This document shows, piece by piece, positions 1 to 12,727 of a stretch of DNA of 64,000 bases; position 1 is the first letter of the stretch, and each line of letters starts with the position of its first letter. Under the pieces are notes generated by a model that saw nothing but the letters and a program-made list of their open reading frames with translations, was not told the DNA's origin and searched no databases. The stretch is from contig OZ024744.1 of the NCBI GenBank assembly GCA_964016885.1, positions 102,176,001 through 102,240,000 of the forward strand, given 5' to 3'. The position numbers and the translations under genes were made by a program. The stretch comes from Eledone cirrhosa (taxonomy: Eukaryota).

Positions 1-425
1 CATTCAATAATGAAAGTATTTAAAGAATGGAAGTTCTGTGTGTGTGTGTGTGAATCATCATTGTGGCAGTTATATTTGTTGTACTGTGTGTATATGTATA
101 TATATACATATATATAAAGGAAAAAAGATGAAATCGAAAATGCAACTAGTCTTTTTTTTTTTTTTTTTTTTATATATATTTATTTGGTTCCTTTATCGGT
201 TTCGCAGTTCTTCTGCTTTTCAAAAGTAGAATTGAGATGGAGGGTTTGTGGTTTTTCTCGCATCTGGTTAGTCTTTGAATGTTACTTCTGTTTTATATGG
301 AAAAAAGTTGCTCGAAATGCTAGGTTTTTAGAGAAGTAATTTGGTTGGTTGGTTGGTGAATAAGTATAATAAATTTCGCACCAGTTTACGTTACAAAGAT
401 CTTATTATATTTGCCTTCAAACAAA

Positions 426-878
426 GGGGGGGCTCAGGTTGTTTTTTCATATGAGTGAAGTTTGGTTGGTTGATGCAGTCACGTGAATAAGCACATCAGC
501 TTTCGCACCAGTTTATGGCTACAAAATGGCTGAATTCTGACCCCAGCGAATCAGCCATATTCACTGAACTAGAACAATTCTCCCCATCCTGTTTTTCTTG
601 ACCATTATCTTTTGTTTGGCACAAAATTCTCTAAATGGCTACAAAAAAATTCCCAAATATGGGTGCGAAATTTAATGTACTTGTTCATATGAAGGTCATA
701 ATTTCATTTATAACCAATCAAATTACATTTATAAAGCCTTCATGAGCCACCTTTTTTTTTTTTTTTAAGTAAAAAGAAACTCAAACACAAACTGGTGCGA
801 AAGCTGATGTACTTATTCACGTGACTGTATCAACCAACCAAACTTCACTCATATATGAAAAAACAATCTGACACCCCC
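426..878. mobile_element. Foldback/MITE-like element with ~90-bp terminal inverted repeats
   Basis: 426-515 (ggggggctcaggttgttttttcatatgagtgaagtttggttggttgatgcagtcacgtgaataagcacatcagctttcgcaccagttt) is nearly the reverse complement of 789-878. Partial copies of the motif also occur at ~340-390 and ~660-690. Confidence 0.7.
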
Positions 879-1139
879 AACCCCCCACCCTCTCCCCCTC
901 CAGTTGCATTTTCGATTTCATCTTTTTTCCTTATACTTTCACTCGTGGAGGACACCTCGTTTTTTTTTTTCATTTTGTAAAAAAAAACCTCACTTTCTAA
1001 TATATATAGTTTTATGAATCGGGTACATGGACCCTGACACAAGCACTTGAGAGGTGCATACACTAAAATGCTTAGAATTGTACAAAACATAAACAACTGG
1101 CAACATGGGTTAGACAACTAGTCTAACCTATACTAACAT

Positions 1140-1140
<1 letters not shown>

Positions 1141-1226
<86 letters not shown>
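1141..1226. repeat. (CA)n microsatellite
   Basis: Perfect CA run of about 43 units. Confidence 0.98.
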
Positions 1227-1229
<3 letters not shown>

Positions 1230-1484
1230 GGTTGGCATTAGGAAAGGCATAGAAACCAATCCAGAATCAGTTCTGTATGAGCAAGACATGGTCACCTGAT
1301 ATGATTTGTCTCACAACGGGACAACTCGTCTAACCCATGCTAGCTAGCATGGAAGAATGGATGTCAAAATGTTAATACGAATAAATAACTGGATTCTCAT
1401 TCATTTATTCATCAACTCAAACTAAGAAAAAAGTCAGCATATATGTTTATAATTTGGAGTATTATTGTCTTTTATTATATTACA

Positions 1485-1680
1485 GGGTCGGTGGATTGGC
1501 AGTATCGGTAGAGGGTCGGACGCCATGCTTTCCAGCATAGTTACGTCCCTTTACGATCTGAGTTCAAATCCCGCCGAGGTTGACTTTGCATTTCATCCTT
1601 ACAGGGTCGATAAAATAAAGTACCAGTAATGTACTGGGTAATTGCTGGCCTTGTGCCTAAAGTAGAAACAATTATATTAT
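1485..1680 (+). mobile_element. tRNA-derived SINE (family A; probable Deu/Nin-type central domain)
   Basis: A-box-like TGGCAGTATCGG and B-box GAGTTCAAATCC, central ttcatccttacagggtcgataaaataaagtacc, and an ATT-rich tail. Near-identical copies recur through the window. Confidence 0.85.
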
Positions 1681-1863
1681 AAACATATATGTTATGTCTT
1701 TTATTCTTATCTAATCTTTGTTTTATCATTAATGTAAATTTCCTAAAATCCAACCATTGCTGAAAACATAATGGATGTTGTCTTTTTGAAAACACATTCT
1801 GTTAACACCAGACCGTAATTTGGTGTGTAGTTTAATAAAGCTCTATTTATTACATTTCTACAG

Positions 1864-1881
1864 GCACAATTAGGTATTATG
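1864..1881 (+). CDS. Candidate 18-nt microexon of an unidentified plus-strand gene
   Basis: tttattacatttctacag|GCACAATTAGGTATTATG|gtgagt gives a good acceptor and a consensus donor. The length is a multiple of 3. No homology recognised. Confidence 0.35.
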
Positions 1882-4552
1882 GTGAGTAGGGTAAAGGAAT
1901 ATTACATCATTTTGCTTTAAAACTGCTCCCCATTCCATGCTTTGTTCTGGAAAAGGTTTTTGATATCCATTTTTTTTTTTTTTTTTTTTTTTTCCTGTGG
2001 CTTTAAATAATCTCATTATTTTATTTAGCTTTAAAGTATTTCATTTATGTTTTACTAGTATAAGAAATTTTCTCTCTCTCTCCCTCTCTTTCCCCTCTCT
2101 CTCTCTCCCTCTCTCTCTCTCTGGGTAATTTATTTCAGATAGTTCTAGCCCTGTACAAGTCATTTCTGTTTCATTCATTTGGATTCATTAAGAAACTGGA
2201 CATTTCTGATGATTTCAAATTAATGGATGGAACAGTTCTAGTCCTGTACAAGTCATTTCTATCTGAAATAAATTGTACCTTCTCTCAATGTATTGAATAC
2301 CTTATTTTACTGTGGTCTCTTTCTATTCCTTTATGGAAAACTATTCTTTATTGTGTATGTATGTATGTATATATATGTGTGTGTCTATCAGTGCCTCCAT
2401 GTGACGAGGTTGTGGATCTTCACTTGGAAAACTCTTTTTCAACATGTAGGCCTAGTCAATTTTTTTCCACTGTGTGTAAAACAATTTTAACATGAATATA
2501 TCAGTATTTTTGATAATGTCTTTAAGGAAATTTATTAAGATGGCCATATAAAGAATGGCAGTTCTTTAGAAAAGTGGTGATAATGGAAGACAGGTCAAAT
2601 GGCTATAGAATATGCAGTATTTTAACTTGTAATATTGTAGCTGGCAGGCATATTTTGGTGATTGTTTCTCTTTATACTCAGCATTCAACAATCTCTACAT
2701 CATCACTTTTGTTTTATTATGATGCTATTAAATGTTTTTAATTTTAAACGATTTTCATACCTTATAAAATTTAGTTCTTTTTATTTTCTGACTTTTTATT
2801 GTCTTATAAATTGACACCACCAGTGGTTTTAGTAAGAATGGTATATTGTGTCTTGTAAATTAACAGCATCAGTGGTCTTAGTATGAATGGTCTGTTGTGT
2901 CTTGTGAATTAATAGCACTACCCTTGGTCTTAATAAGAATGGGCTTGAAGAGAGAATACCTTTTTGCTTGTTCATAAGTAATGGGGCGAAATGTTGTGAT
3001 CCTGTTACGTGTGTGTGTGTGTGTGTTCAATTATAAACTATTTCTGTAATCACTTGCAATGGGGGCAAAGAATTTCTTTGGTTAAGAATTTATTAGATCT
3101 GTATTTGATAAATTAAAATGTATTTAGACTGAGTTAAGTATAGGCTTAATAATGAATTTTGATACCCGAGTTTTTGTGTTTAATAAACTTTTTTTAGCCT
3201 CTTTTCTGAAAATAGTTCCCTGTGGTCAAGCATAGCACTTTTCAGCCATTGATACTCTTATGCTTTGACCAGGGGTATAATTTTACAGCAATGGTAAAAA
3301 TGTATTTACTCTTTAACATTTAAACCAGCCACATCTGGCCAGAATTCTCTCACCTCTTTCTGTTCAAACCAGCTGCAACTTGCTACTCATACTGGTGTTA
3401 CGGTATTGTTTTCAAAATAAATAATATAAAAATCTCGGATTCAATATTATGTGAGGTAAGATAAAGCCCTTACAGCAAAAATACAATAGTATATATAGAG
3501 TAAATGTTAATGAGTTAATTGAGGAAAGTATATTACCTCATTGGTTGCAAGTATGAATGTGTATGTACACATATACATAGAGCTTTATCTACAGTACATC
3601 CTAGAGGGCTCAACACCTCAATGTTATCACCCAAAATTTCCAACATTGAATTGCACTAACTATTCATTCTGAACAAGAATCTAGTAATGAAACATGTGAC
3701 CCATAGATGAGGTTGAGTTTAGACGATAGAAAGATTTTTGGAAACTTTTGAATGTATCAAAGAAATATAAAGGAAGTTATTGTTCCTTGAGCAAGAGACT
3801 TTATTTCACATTGCTCCAGTTTACTCAGCTGTAGAAATGAGATGATAGGGACTGGAGTCTCTATCATTCCACTGCAAAGTGGTCGTGGAGGTGCCACGGC
3901 AAAAAAGCACCCAGCACTCACTGTAAATGAGGTTGGTGTTAGGAAGGGCATCCAGCTGTAGAAATCAAGCCGGAATCGGTTCCCGTCCCACCCTTGCAAG
4001 CAGGGAAAAGCGGATGTAAAATGAAATGATGATGATTGTTGCACCAATAAAATACTTTTTAACATTTCATTCTTTAAAATTGGGACTTCCATAATTTTAC
4101 TGCTGTTTTCTTGAAGCTAGCAAAGACATGTGAAATATTCAAATAGAAATTAAAACTTTTTCATTTGTGGTAATTTGATGTTTGTTATTTAGATTCTGAA
4201 GTAGTTAATGTAAGTAGTCATAAAATATGCAAGTGTAACTGTGTAGCTAAGTACTCTTTTCAACCTCATGGTTTCAGGTTTGATCTCACTTTGCAGCTTG
4301 TGAGGCAAATGTTTTCTATTGTAGCTTCAGATTGGCCAAAACTGAGTGGAATTTAGTCAGTAGAAACTGTATAGAAGCCAATTGTATGTTTGACTACGAT
4401 TTTACACTGGTAAACAAAGTGTAGCTTTATAATTTGGTAAACTACCATAGTTCCCATTGTTGAAGGCAGTACATTTTTCCTAAAATAAGTCTCAAAAATC
4501 TACCGTGTGTCCTGGAGGCTGAACGTTGTTTTTTTTTTGTTGTTTTTTTTAT

Positions 4553-4745
4553 AGTGGTGGATTCGCAGTATCGGTAGAGTCTGACTCCATGCTTTGCAGC
4601 ATAGAGTTACGGCCCTTTATGGTCGGAGTTCAAATCTCACCGAGGTTAACTTTGCCTTTCATCCTTACGGGGTCGATAGAATAAAGTACCAGTAATACAT
4701 TGGGATAATTGCTGGCCTCATACCAAAAGTAGAAACAATTATTTT
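4553..4745 (+). mobile_element. SINE family A copy
   Basis: Colinear with 1485-1680, including the B box gagttcaaatc and the central domain. Confidence 0.85.
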
Positions 4746-5603
4746 TGTTTGTCAAAATTAGGGTGCATCTTTGGTGCCAGGAAATAAAAACTTGAGTTGA
4801 TATGATCAACTAACACAAGCTATTACTCCAGAATGGCCATCATCAAATGACAAGCCAGTAAAAGAATCAGAATATTCAGCAATTTTTAAGAAACAATAAA
4901 TTAAAATGTAATGGATTACTTAGATTCTATATAACATGGGTGTATATTTTAAATGTTTTTTGTTTAACCATGGTTGTTCAGATTTATATTGAAAGGTTAT
5001 TTTGTATGTTTTCTTTTAGGCATGGCAGCCATAGTGGAGTTAGGACTGTATTATTTAATGTCTTTCTTTTTTTAAGAAGGTAGGAAATGGTTTAAAAGAA
5101 ATATTGCTGTTATTTCTAACAGTTTCAGTGACCATGTGTAGAATTTCTTGTTGATTCATACATTCCGAATGTAAAAGTTATGTGGTAATAAAATTAGAAA
5201 TCTGCAGATGGCTGACTGCTTTATCCATGGCAAATTTCTACAGCTGTATGCCAGCCCCTATTTTTCAGTTATGTCAAAGACACAACTTCCCAAGTATTGG
5301 TACCCATGATAAAATACACTCTGTAGAATCCGAGATAAAATATTGGACTCCTGGCTCACCTTGAGGTCAGTGGCTCTGCTTGAGTACTGACCAGTCTGTA
5401 ATGACATATCCAACCCATGCTGGCAGAGGAAACGAATGTCAAATGATGATGGTGTGTAGGTTTACTGTGCTAATAGAATGTTGTATGTCTATATTAGTAT
5501 GTTCTATGTCTAATTAGTAAAAAGAAAGAAATAACACCAACTATATTCTACACCTTCACATCTTTGGATATTAAATTTCAAGACCTTTTGTTTCTTCTTG
5601 CAG

Positions 5604-5645
5604 ATATCTGGTGTTGCCAGTACTGATGTAGGGACTTCAGTATAA
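5604..5645 (+). CDS. Candidate terminal coding exon of the unidentified plus-strand gene (ISGVASTDVGTSV* in phase 0; DIWCCQY* ending at 5626 in an alternative phase)
   Basis: Strong acceptor ttttgtttcttcttgcag, followed by ~1.4 kb of AT/U-rich sequence with no recognisable transposon and with AATAAA motifs, consistent with a 3' UTR. Confidence 0.4.
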   Translation: MSGVASTDVGTSV

Positions 5646-5744
5646 AAGGACCAATAATTAAAGATTCTTTCACCAACAGCAAAGTTATATCCCAGACACC
5701 TATAAATGCACACCTTCATGAGAAGAAATGAATTCATTTTATCC

Positions 5745-5780
<36 letters not shown>

Positions 5781-7059
5781 ACATTTCTTTTTGAGTTTGT
5801 TATGACCATATTTAGTTTTTCATGTACTATTTTATTGCTAACTTGACCAGTTTACCTAAAACTTACTTTTGACTTTTATTTTTAATACCATACTTTAATA
5901 GAGATAACATTTACATCTGCTGATAGATTTTGTTTTTTGTTTACATTTTCTTAGCTAACAACTGTATTTAGGCAATACTGTGCCTTTCATAGAAATTGAA
6001 CTTTTAAAAATAATTTATTTTCTAATGCTCTTATAAAAGTTCAAATTCTTTAACTAACTATTTAGTACGTGAGGAATTTTGGAAATGTTAGTTTAACAAT
6101 TTGTTTTTTTTTTTTGTTTGTTTAAGTAGATAAAAGAAAATAAGTACTGTACTGTAGACTACTGTTGTTGTTGACTTCAACTAAAGTCTAAAGCAACATT
6201 TATTTTCTTTTAATATAAATTTCTACGGTAATTCCCGTTTATGAATTTTGTTTCAAGCAGTTTTACTTTTAGAAACTCCAACATTCCACTTTAATTTCAT
6301 TGGTAATTAATTAATTAGTGAAAATATAGACTTGTATGTTGTTTAATCTTCACATAGTCTAGCATTCTGGAAATAATGAAATGTGGTAAGGAGTTAGAAT
6401 TACATTGATTACTTTAATATATTTTTTGTGATAAAAACATTATTTTCTCTAAACATTTCCTTATATAACTTAATGCAGTTAGTTAAAATTGAAATATATA
6501 TATTTTTTTTATTATTTTTTTTTTTTTTTATTCAATATATTTCATTAACACTTTATAGGTTTTGGTACAAAATTTGAATCCAGCTTAAAAAAAAAATTTT
6601 GTAATAAAAAGATTTTTTGTAAAAAAAAAAAAAAATAAAAAAAATAAAAAAAAAATGATTGATTTTTTTTTGAAAAAGATAAGATGCATTTAAAATTGAT
6701 GAATACATCTTTAAAATATTTAGTTATTCAAAATATTTTTACAATATAAAACTACATTGTAATTTGTAAATGACCAAAATTACAACATTGTTGAACTTGA
6801 AAAGTTTATTTTCTTTTTGATTTGAAATAGCATGAAATATAATTCTGACATTAAGTTTACTTTAATGACAATTTTTTTTTTAAATCTCAGCATGTAAAAA
6901 TGTACAATTCATTTTACTTGATCAAAAAATTAAAACATTAAGATGTGGAAAAAAAAAAAAGGATTACTAATATATTTGCTTTTTCTTCATTTATTTATTG
7001 GCAAAAAACAAACTTGATCCAAAATCCAGGGCCTTCTCATTCATTAATACTATATATAG

Positions 7060-8575
7060 ATCTCTCTCCAGTGCAAGGTGCATACAATAGTCCACTACGA
7101 TGATGAAAAGGTAGGGAGCCATGTATCTCCCTGGAGCATTCCAGCCAGTATCTCAAAGAACTGTCATCCCATCAGGTGTAATGACTTGGGTGTTGGTGTA
7201 GAGCAGTGATATCAGGTCCACTATCTTCTTGGGGATTCCATAAGCCTGTAAGATCTTCATCATGCAGTGACGGTCCACAGAATCAAAGGCCTTTCTAAAA
7301 GTCAATGAAAACCATGGTAGGCACTTTGCTCTAGCTCCCTCTAATATCCTCCTCAGCATCGGGATGTGACTGGTGGTTGATCTTCCCTCTCTGAAGCCGT
7401 TCTGGTTGTCCCCGAGCTTCTTCTCCATTTCTGGCTGGATCCTGTTAAGAATCATCCTGTTGAGGGTCTTTGCCACAAGTGACATCAGTGAGATCCTCCT
7501 TGTTGGTGTTAGAAAGATCTCCCTTCTTTGGCACTGGAACAACGTTACTGAACCTCCACTGATTCGGGGCAACTCCTTTCTCCAGTGCCTGGTTACAGAA
7601 CCCCAGGATGATATCAAAATCACACCTCTTCATCACCTCTGATGCCACTCCATCTTCTCCATGAGCCTTGCCCTCCTTGATCTTCTTCTTGGCTCTCTGA
7701 AGCTCCTCTCTCGTGAAGGGCTCTGTCTCAATATCCAGTTCTTCAAACAGCTGCCTGATCTCCCCAGTGTAACACCGGCTCAGAACAGGAGAGTTAAGGC
7801 GAAAAAGATATCGGATGCTGAATTTGTCGACGACATAGTTTTGGTGACAAACACAGTGAAGGAAGCAGAGGATTTGATGCAGGAGGTTGAGACTGTGTCC
7901 ATGAGTGTGGGGCTGAGAATGAATGAGATTAAGTCAAAATATCTGGTAGAGAATGTTGAGAAGCCAGAGGGAATTACTGATGTAGGCGGGAAGCCGCTAG
8001 AATTGGTTGAGGACTTCCTGTATTTGGGAGCAAAGATTGGGAATATGGAAGATGATGTGGTCAAGAGGAAGAGTAAAGCCTGGGCAGCGTGCCACAGCTT
8101 GAGATCGGTTATGAAGTTAGACCTTCGTAAAGACCTGAAAATCCGCCTCTTCATTGTTGTAGTGGAGTCTGTGCTGCTGTACGGGTCTGAGACTTGGACA
8201 TTGACTAAGAAACTCACTCAGATGGTGGATAGGTGCTACACAAGAATGCTGAAGATGAGGATGGCTCTGAACATTAATCAGTATACACTGAGGATGAAAA
8301 ACTCAGAGCTGTATGGGGGCCGCCCAAGAGTCAACTCAAAAGTGACACAGGAGACTGAGGTTAGCTGGACATGCTCACCGAGATCCAGGGTTGACACTGC
8401 ACTCAGTGCTCCCGTGGGAGCCCTTGCATGGACACATTGGAAGAGGAAGACCAAGGTTAACATATGTTGATGCCCTAAGGACAGACACTGGTCTCTAGGA
8501 GACGCAGGACATGGCGGCGATGATGCTGGAGAGAACTCGCCCATGGATCTCAGGGAATTTTACCCGGCCTAGATA
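7060..8575 (+). mobile_element. RTE-clade non-LTR retrotransposon, 5'-truncated with a 5' inversion
   Basis: Minus segment ~7060-7750 encodes N-terminal RT motifs (VPVPKKGDLS, NQNGFREGRST, FRKAFDSV, GMLQGDT). Plus segment ~7765-8545 continues with EFVDD, FLYLG and LLYGSETWTL, and ends near a short TAGA repeat. Confidence 0.85.
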
Positions 8576-8694
8576 GATCTCTCTGTCTCTCTCTAGATAT
8601 ATCGATATACAAATCCAAGGCCTTCTCACTCATAGATAGATAGATAGATATATATATAGTAGTAATATATCTATATAGATATAGATACAAATCC

Positions 8695-8960
8695 ATCTTA
8701 CTCCTGTTGGAGTAGCCCTTCCCTGGTTGACCTCCACTGCTCATCTCTAGCCATATTGAGCAATGTGGGACCGAGATATTTGGTCAGATCATTGCGCCAT
8801 TTGGCCTTTGGCTGCCCTATGGTTCTTCTCCACTCCCTTGATGTCCACCTGTTGTCTCTGAAACAAGAGATGTGGTCAGCCCATCTATGTTTACCCTTCT
8901 TGATGGTCTCAGTTATGTCCTTCATGCCAGTCTGTTGTCAAATGAAAGTGTCGCTCTTCC
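8695..8960 (-). mobile_element. RTE-like LINE 3' fragment
   Basis: Translation ITETIKKGKHRWADHISCFRDNRWT...GQPKAKW resembles the RTE C-terminal RW.GH..R..D.RW motif. Confidence 0.7.
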
Positions 8961-9334
8961 CTGAACTTAGTTCCACACCCTTAGATATATTTCCCTTGGA
9001 GGTCACATTTGATTGGTATTTGGCAGAAGAATGAATGAACAGGTAGATCATAATGATTGAGGGTGGTGTGGTAACCAATACTTTCTCAGTGTGATCAATG
9101 ACAGTAATATGAGGTAGTTATTCTAATGGCAGCTGATACATCATCTTTAACGAGTTCTGCATTTACGTATTTATGTAAATACTTTGACTCAAGCAGGTTT
9201 ATATTTAGACCACAGATATCACAGTAGACTGCATGGCGCAAGCTTCCTTGTGAGGGCAAGTGTCTCGGTTTTCGCAGCACTGATTTTTTTTTTTTTTTTT
9301 TTTTATTCCGGCCATGTTGAATCAAATGTTCATG

Positions 9335-9530
9335 TTAATAATTGTTTCTACTTTTGGAACAAGGCCAGCAGTTACCCCAGTACATTACTGGTACTTTATT
9401 TTATCAACCCCCCATAAGGATGAAAGGCCAAGTTAAGCTCGGCAGAATTTGAACTCAGAATGTAAAGGGCCATAACTCTATACTGCAAAGTATGGCGTCC
9501 GACCCTCTACCAATTACTGCCAATCCACTG
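9335..9530 (-). mobile_element. SINE family A copy
   Basis: Reverse complement of the 1485-1680 element. Confidence 0.85.
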
Positions 9531-10320
9531 TTCTGTTCATGTAAATAATGAACAGGAGAGGTGACAGTATGCACCTATTGAATAGTTTTGATTTTACACC
9601 ATTTATCTAATGAGATATTTGGGCATTCGTATAGAGACATCAGGGCAGCAAGAAACTGACCATCAATCCCATACTTCTACACAGCCTTCCACAGCAGGTC
9701 CTGAGGAACAAGGCCATACTCAAGGAAGCCTGTGAAGTGCACTCTTCGTGTCAATGGAGTTCCATTGAAGCAGGTGGAGAAGTTCAAGTATCTCGGGACC
9801 GTGTTTACGAGTGATGGAAAGCAGGAGGTTGAATTAAGTGCAAGAGCTGGTGCAGTCATGCACCATCTTCAACATTCAGTAATCAGAAGAATGGAGGTAG
9901 GCATAGAAGCCAAACTCGCTATCTTCAATTTGGTTTTGTGCTAACCCTTGCCTATGGTCATGAGTCTTGGGTAATGTCTGAAAGAATACAAGCGGCCAAA
10001 ATGGGATTCCTCTGAAGGGTCTTTGGAGTAACGTTACTCGATAAAGTGTGGAGATCAGAGAGTCACACCAGGTAGAGCTGCCACTACTCCGGTACTATAG
10101 GCAATTGGTTAGAATGTCTCAGGAAAGAATTGGACAGTTTTTTACAGGCAAAACCAACTGGTAGGAGAGCCCAAGCAGTATGGTTGGATAACATCCATGA
10201 GCTTGGTTGGTCTCGCTTGGGGATCCAACCAGATCAGTTGAAGATGGTTGCTTCTGATAGGACCTGCTGGAAGGAGTGTTAGAGAACTCTTCCTCCCATG
10301 ACCCTTTCAGGAATAAGTGA
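9531..10320 (+). mobile_element. RTE LINE fragment with an inverted 5' segment
   Basis: Minus 9531-9720 reads VPQDLLWKAV...GVKSKLF...CILSPLLFIIYMN. Plus 9730-10320 reads LKQVEKFKYLG...YGHESW and the RTE 3' end. Confidence 0.75.
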
Positions 10321-10923
10321 TATATTCTCTTCTTTGCCCAAAGCTGGACCAGTTTGACTAAAGATAATCACATTGTTTTTAATAAATAGTACCAGAGACA
10401 AAAGTCTATCAACATCTGTGGTGGACAGCCCAAAGGTTGTAAACAGATTGAATTAGTAATGCTGGGCCCTGTTGTTAGATGAAGTCAGGGCATTAGCTGC
10501 TGGTATAGATCTGTTTTGGATACTTTCAATGAGAACTTATGAAGCCCCCTAAATTGAGGGAACTACTGATGTAGATGCTGTTTTGGATACTTTCAATGGG
10601 ATCTTATGAGGCCTCCTAAATTCAGTTAAATATGAAATCTGTTCACGGAATCCCTTAGTATTGTTATAGTGAGCTGTTGGTGTCTATGTGGAGTAAAATA
10701 GACTGCTGAGTCTCCTTGACACGAGTGATCAAGAGGGTCATTGTTCTAGGTTAATGTAAGATAAACTTACAGCATATTAAACAATCAACCAGATTTTTGA
10801 TTGGTGGAACAGGTGTTGCATAATTCTTCCAGCAGTTGTAGTGGGCCAGGTAGAGAACTAAAGACAGGTGTTTTCTGGCTTCAGGAATGTAGTGATAAAA
10901 AAACCCCATTATTATTATTATTA

Positions 10924-11360
10924 CTTGCAGAAAAAACACCCGAAGGGTGGTTTTTCTGCTAGCATGTGTAGTGTGCATATTGATATTATGTGAAGAAATT
11001 GAAGGGGGAGACTGTATTACACACTCTTCTGTAATCAGTAAAGTCATCCTTGATTCATTTAAAAAAGACGATATTATATATAAACTGCATTAGGAGAAAA
11101 TTAGCGACGGAAATATATGCGATGTTTTTATAAGTGTTATAATATAACGGGTGCTAACCAGAAGTGTTGACATTTGAAAATTTTAAAGAAGTGAATCTTG
11201 AAATAAGCAATAAAATTATTTATATTTAATCAAGAGTTACAAAATTTAGTACAATATTCATTCATTATTTATTCAAAGTAATCCAATTTATTTTACAAAC
11301 GGGATAAAAAAAGTTTATTCTGGACGCAGTCCCGCACTCCTTACTTTATTATAGTTAAGA
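10924..11360 (-). mobile_element. Non-autonomous Helitron-like element
   Basis: On the minus strand it starts A|TCTTAACTATAATAAAG and ends with the hairpin gcagaaaaaccacccttcgggtgttttttctgc plus CAAG|T (CTRR-like), inserted at an AT site. Confidence 0.5.
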
Positions 11361-11369
11361 TTATTGTTA

Positions 11370-11805
11370 GGGCAGTGGATTGGCAGTATCGGTAGAGCTC
11401 AGACAATGTTTTGCAGTATAGTTATGACCATTTACATTCTGAATTCAATACTGCCGAGTTTAGCTTTGCCTTTCATACGCACTGGGGCCGATTTAATCGA
11501 CTTTCCCCTCCCCCAAAATTGTTGGCCTTGTGCCTAAATCAGAAACCATTAACCAAGTTAACTTTGCCTTTCATCCTTCCGGGGTCGATAAAATAAAAAC
11601 CAGTAATGTACTGGGTAATTGCTGGCCTTGTGCCAAAAGTAGAAACAACAATTATTATTATTATTGTCAGACAACATGCCTTGTGGCATATAGTTTCCAC
11701 CCTTTGCGTTCTGAGTTCAAATCGTGCCATGGTTAGCTTTAACTTTCATCCTTTCAGGGTCGATTGAATAAAGCACCAGTAACACACTGGGGTCAATTTA
11801 ATGTG
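11370..11805 (+). mobile_element. Cluster of SINE family A and related fragments
   Basis: One head with A/B boxes and three central-domain segments (gcctttcatac..., gcctttcatccttccggggtcgata, actttcatcctttcagggtcgat). Confidence 0.75.
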
Positions 11806-11859
11806 CAAGGACCCCCATGATCATCAAGCAATCTACCTTGTGAACAACATAATCACAGG

Positions 11860-12495
11860 TAAGACATCTCAGGGCTGTCACACTTAATGTAGATCTGGAG
11901 TAGTTGTGGAGAAGACAATTTGTTGTGTTATGTGTACAAGAAGTGGGATGGAAGGGTGCCTCAGCCAAACTCCTAAGTTACAAGCTCTTCTGGGTAAGAA
12001 ATGAGGATGGGGTAGGTAGTGTGGGTATTTTACTAACTGAGAAGTGGATAGATAAGGTAATAGAAGTAGTTAGAGTAAGTGACAGAATTATCAAGCTTAG
12101 AATAGTGACAATTACATCTACCTATGCCCCACAGGTAGGACTGAGTAGAGAACAAAAGGACAGTTACTGATGAAAGAGACTTCAAGAATGCTTTGATAGA
12201 TGTGCAATGCTAGTCTGTGAAGGACAAAGCATGGATGTACTGAAAGAAAAGTTGGGTATAAGAAGAATCAGATGTAGTGTGCAGGAGAGAAGATTGCGCT
12301 GGTATGGACATGTGATGTGCATGGATGATGAGATTGCTGAGAAATCCCTCAGGGAAACTTGAGCAGAGGTTGGACAAACTAATCTCAGATCACTGAAGCT
12401 CACAGAGGAGATGAAGGAACACAAGTGTAGAGATGCACTGGAAATAACCCATCCAATTCATGCAATCATAGAACAATGGATGTAAAACGATGATG
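11860..12495 (+). mobile_element. Internally deleted RTE remnant (APE endonuclease fragment fused to the 3' end)
   Basis: LCVQEVGWKG...GVGSVGILL...VSDRII...YAPQVG, followed by RRLRWYGHV. Confidence 0.75.
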
Positions 12496-12693
12496 ATATA
12501 TATATAGAGAGAATTATATAGTCCAGTTCTAGGGTTGATTCTTTGTCTCTTTCTTAAAGAAATCAACTGTACTCAGACTTGGAGACGATGGGCTCCACCA
12601 GGTTTATAATGCAAATGAAACACCATATGCTACAGCACTCCTACAACACCAGCAGGAATTAGACTTTCATACACATGTACATATTTAGATAAT

Positions 12694-12727
<34 letters not shown>

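Noticed and set aside
1485-1580. tRNA gene
   Set aside because: It has A and B boxes but no cloverleaf, and it is the head of a multi-copy SINE.
5005-5050. Additional plus-strand exon after ttttcttttag
   Set aside because: There is an acceptor-like site but no convincing donor or informative peptide.
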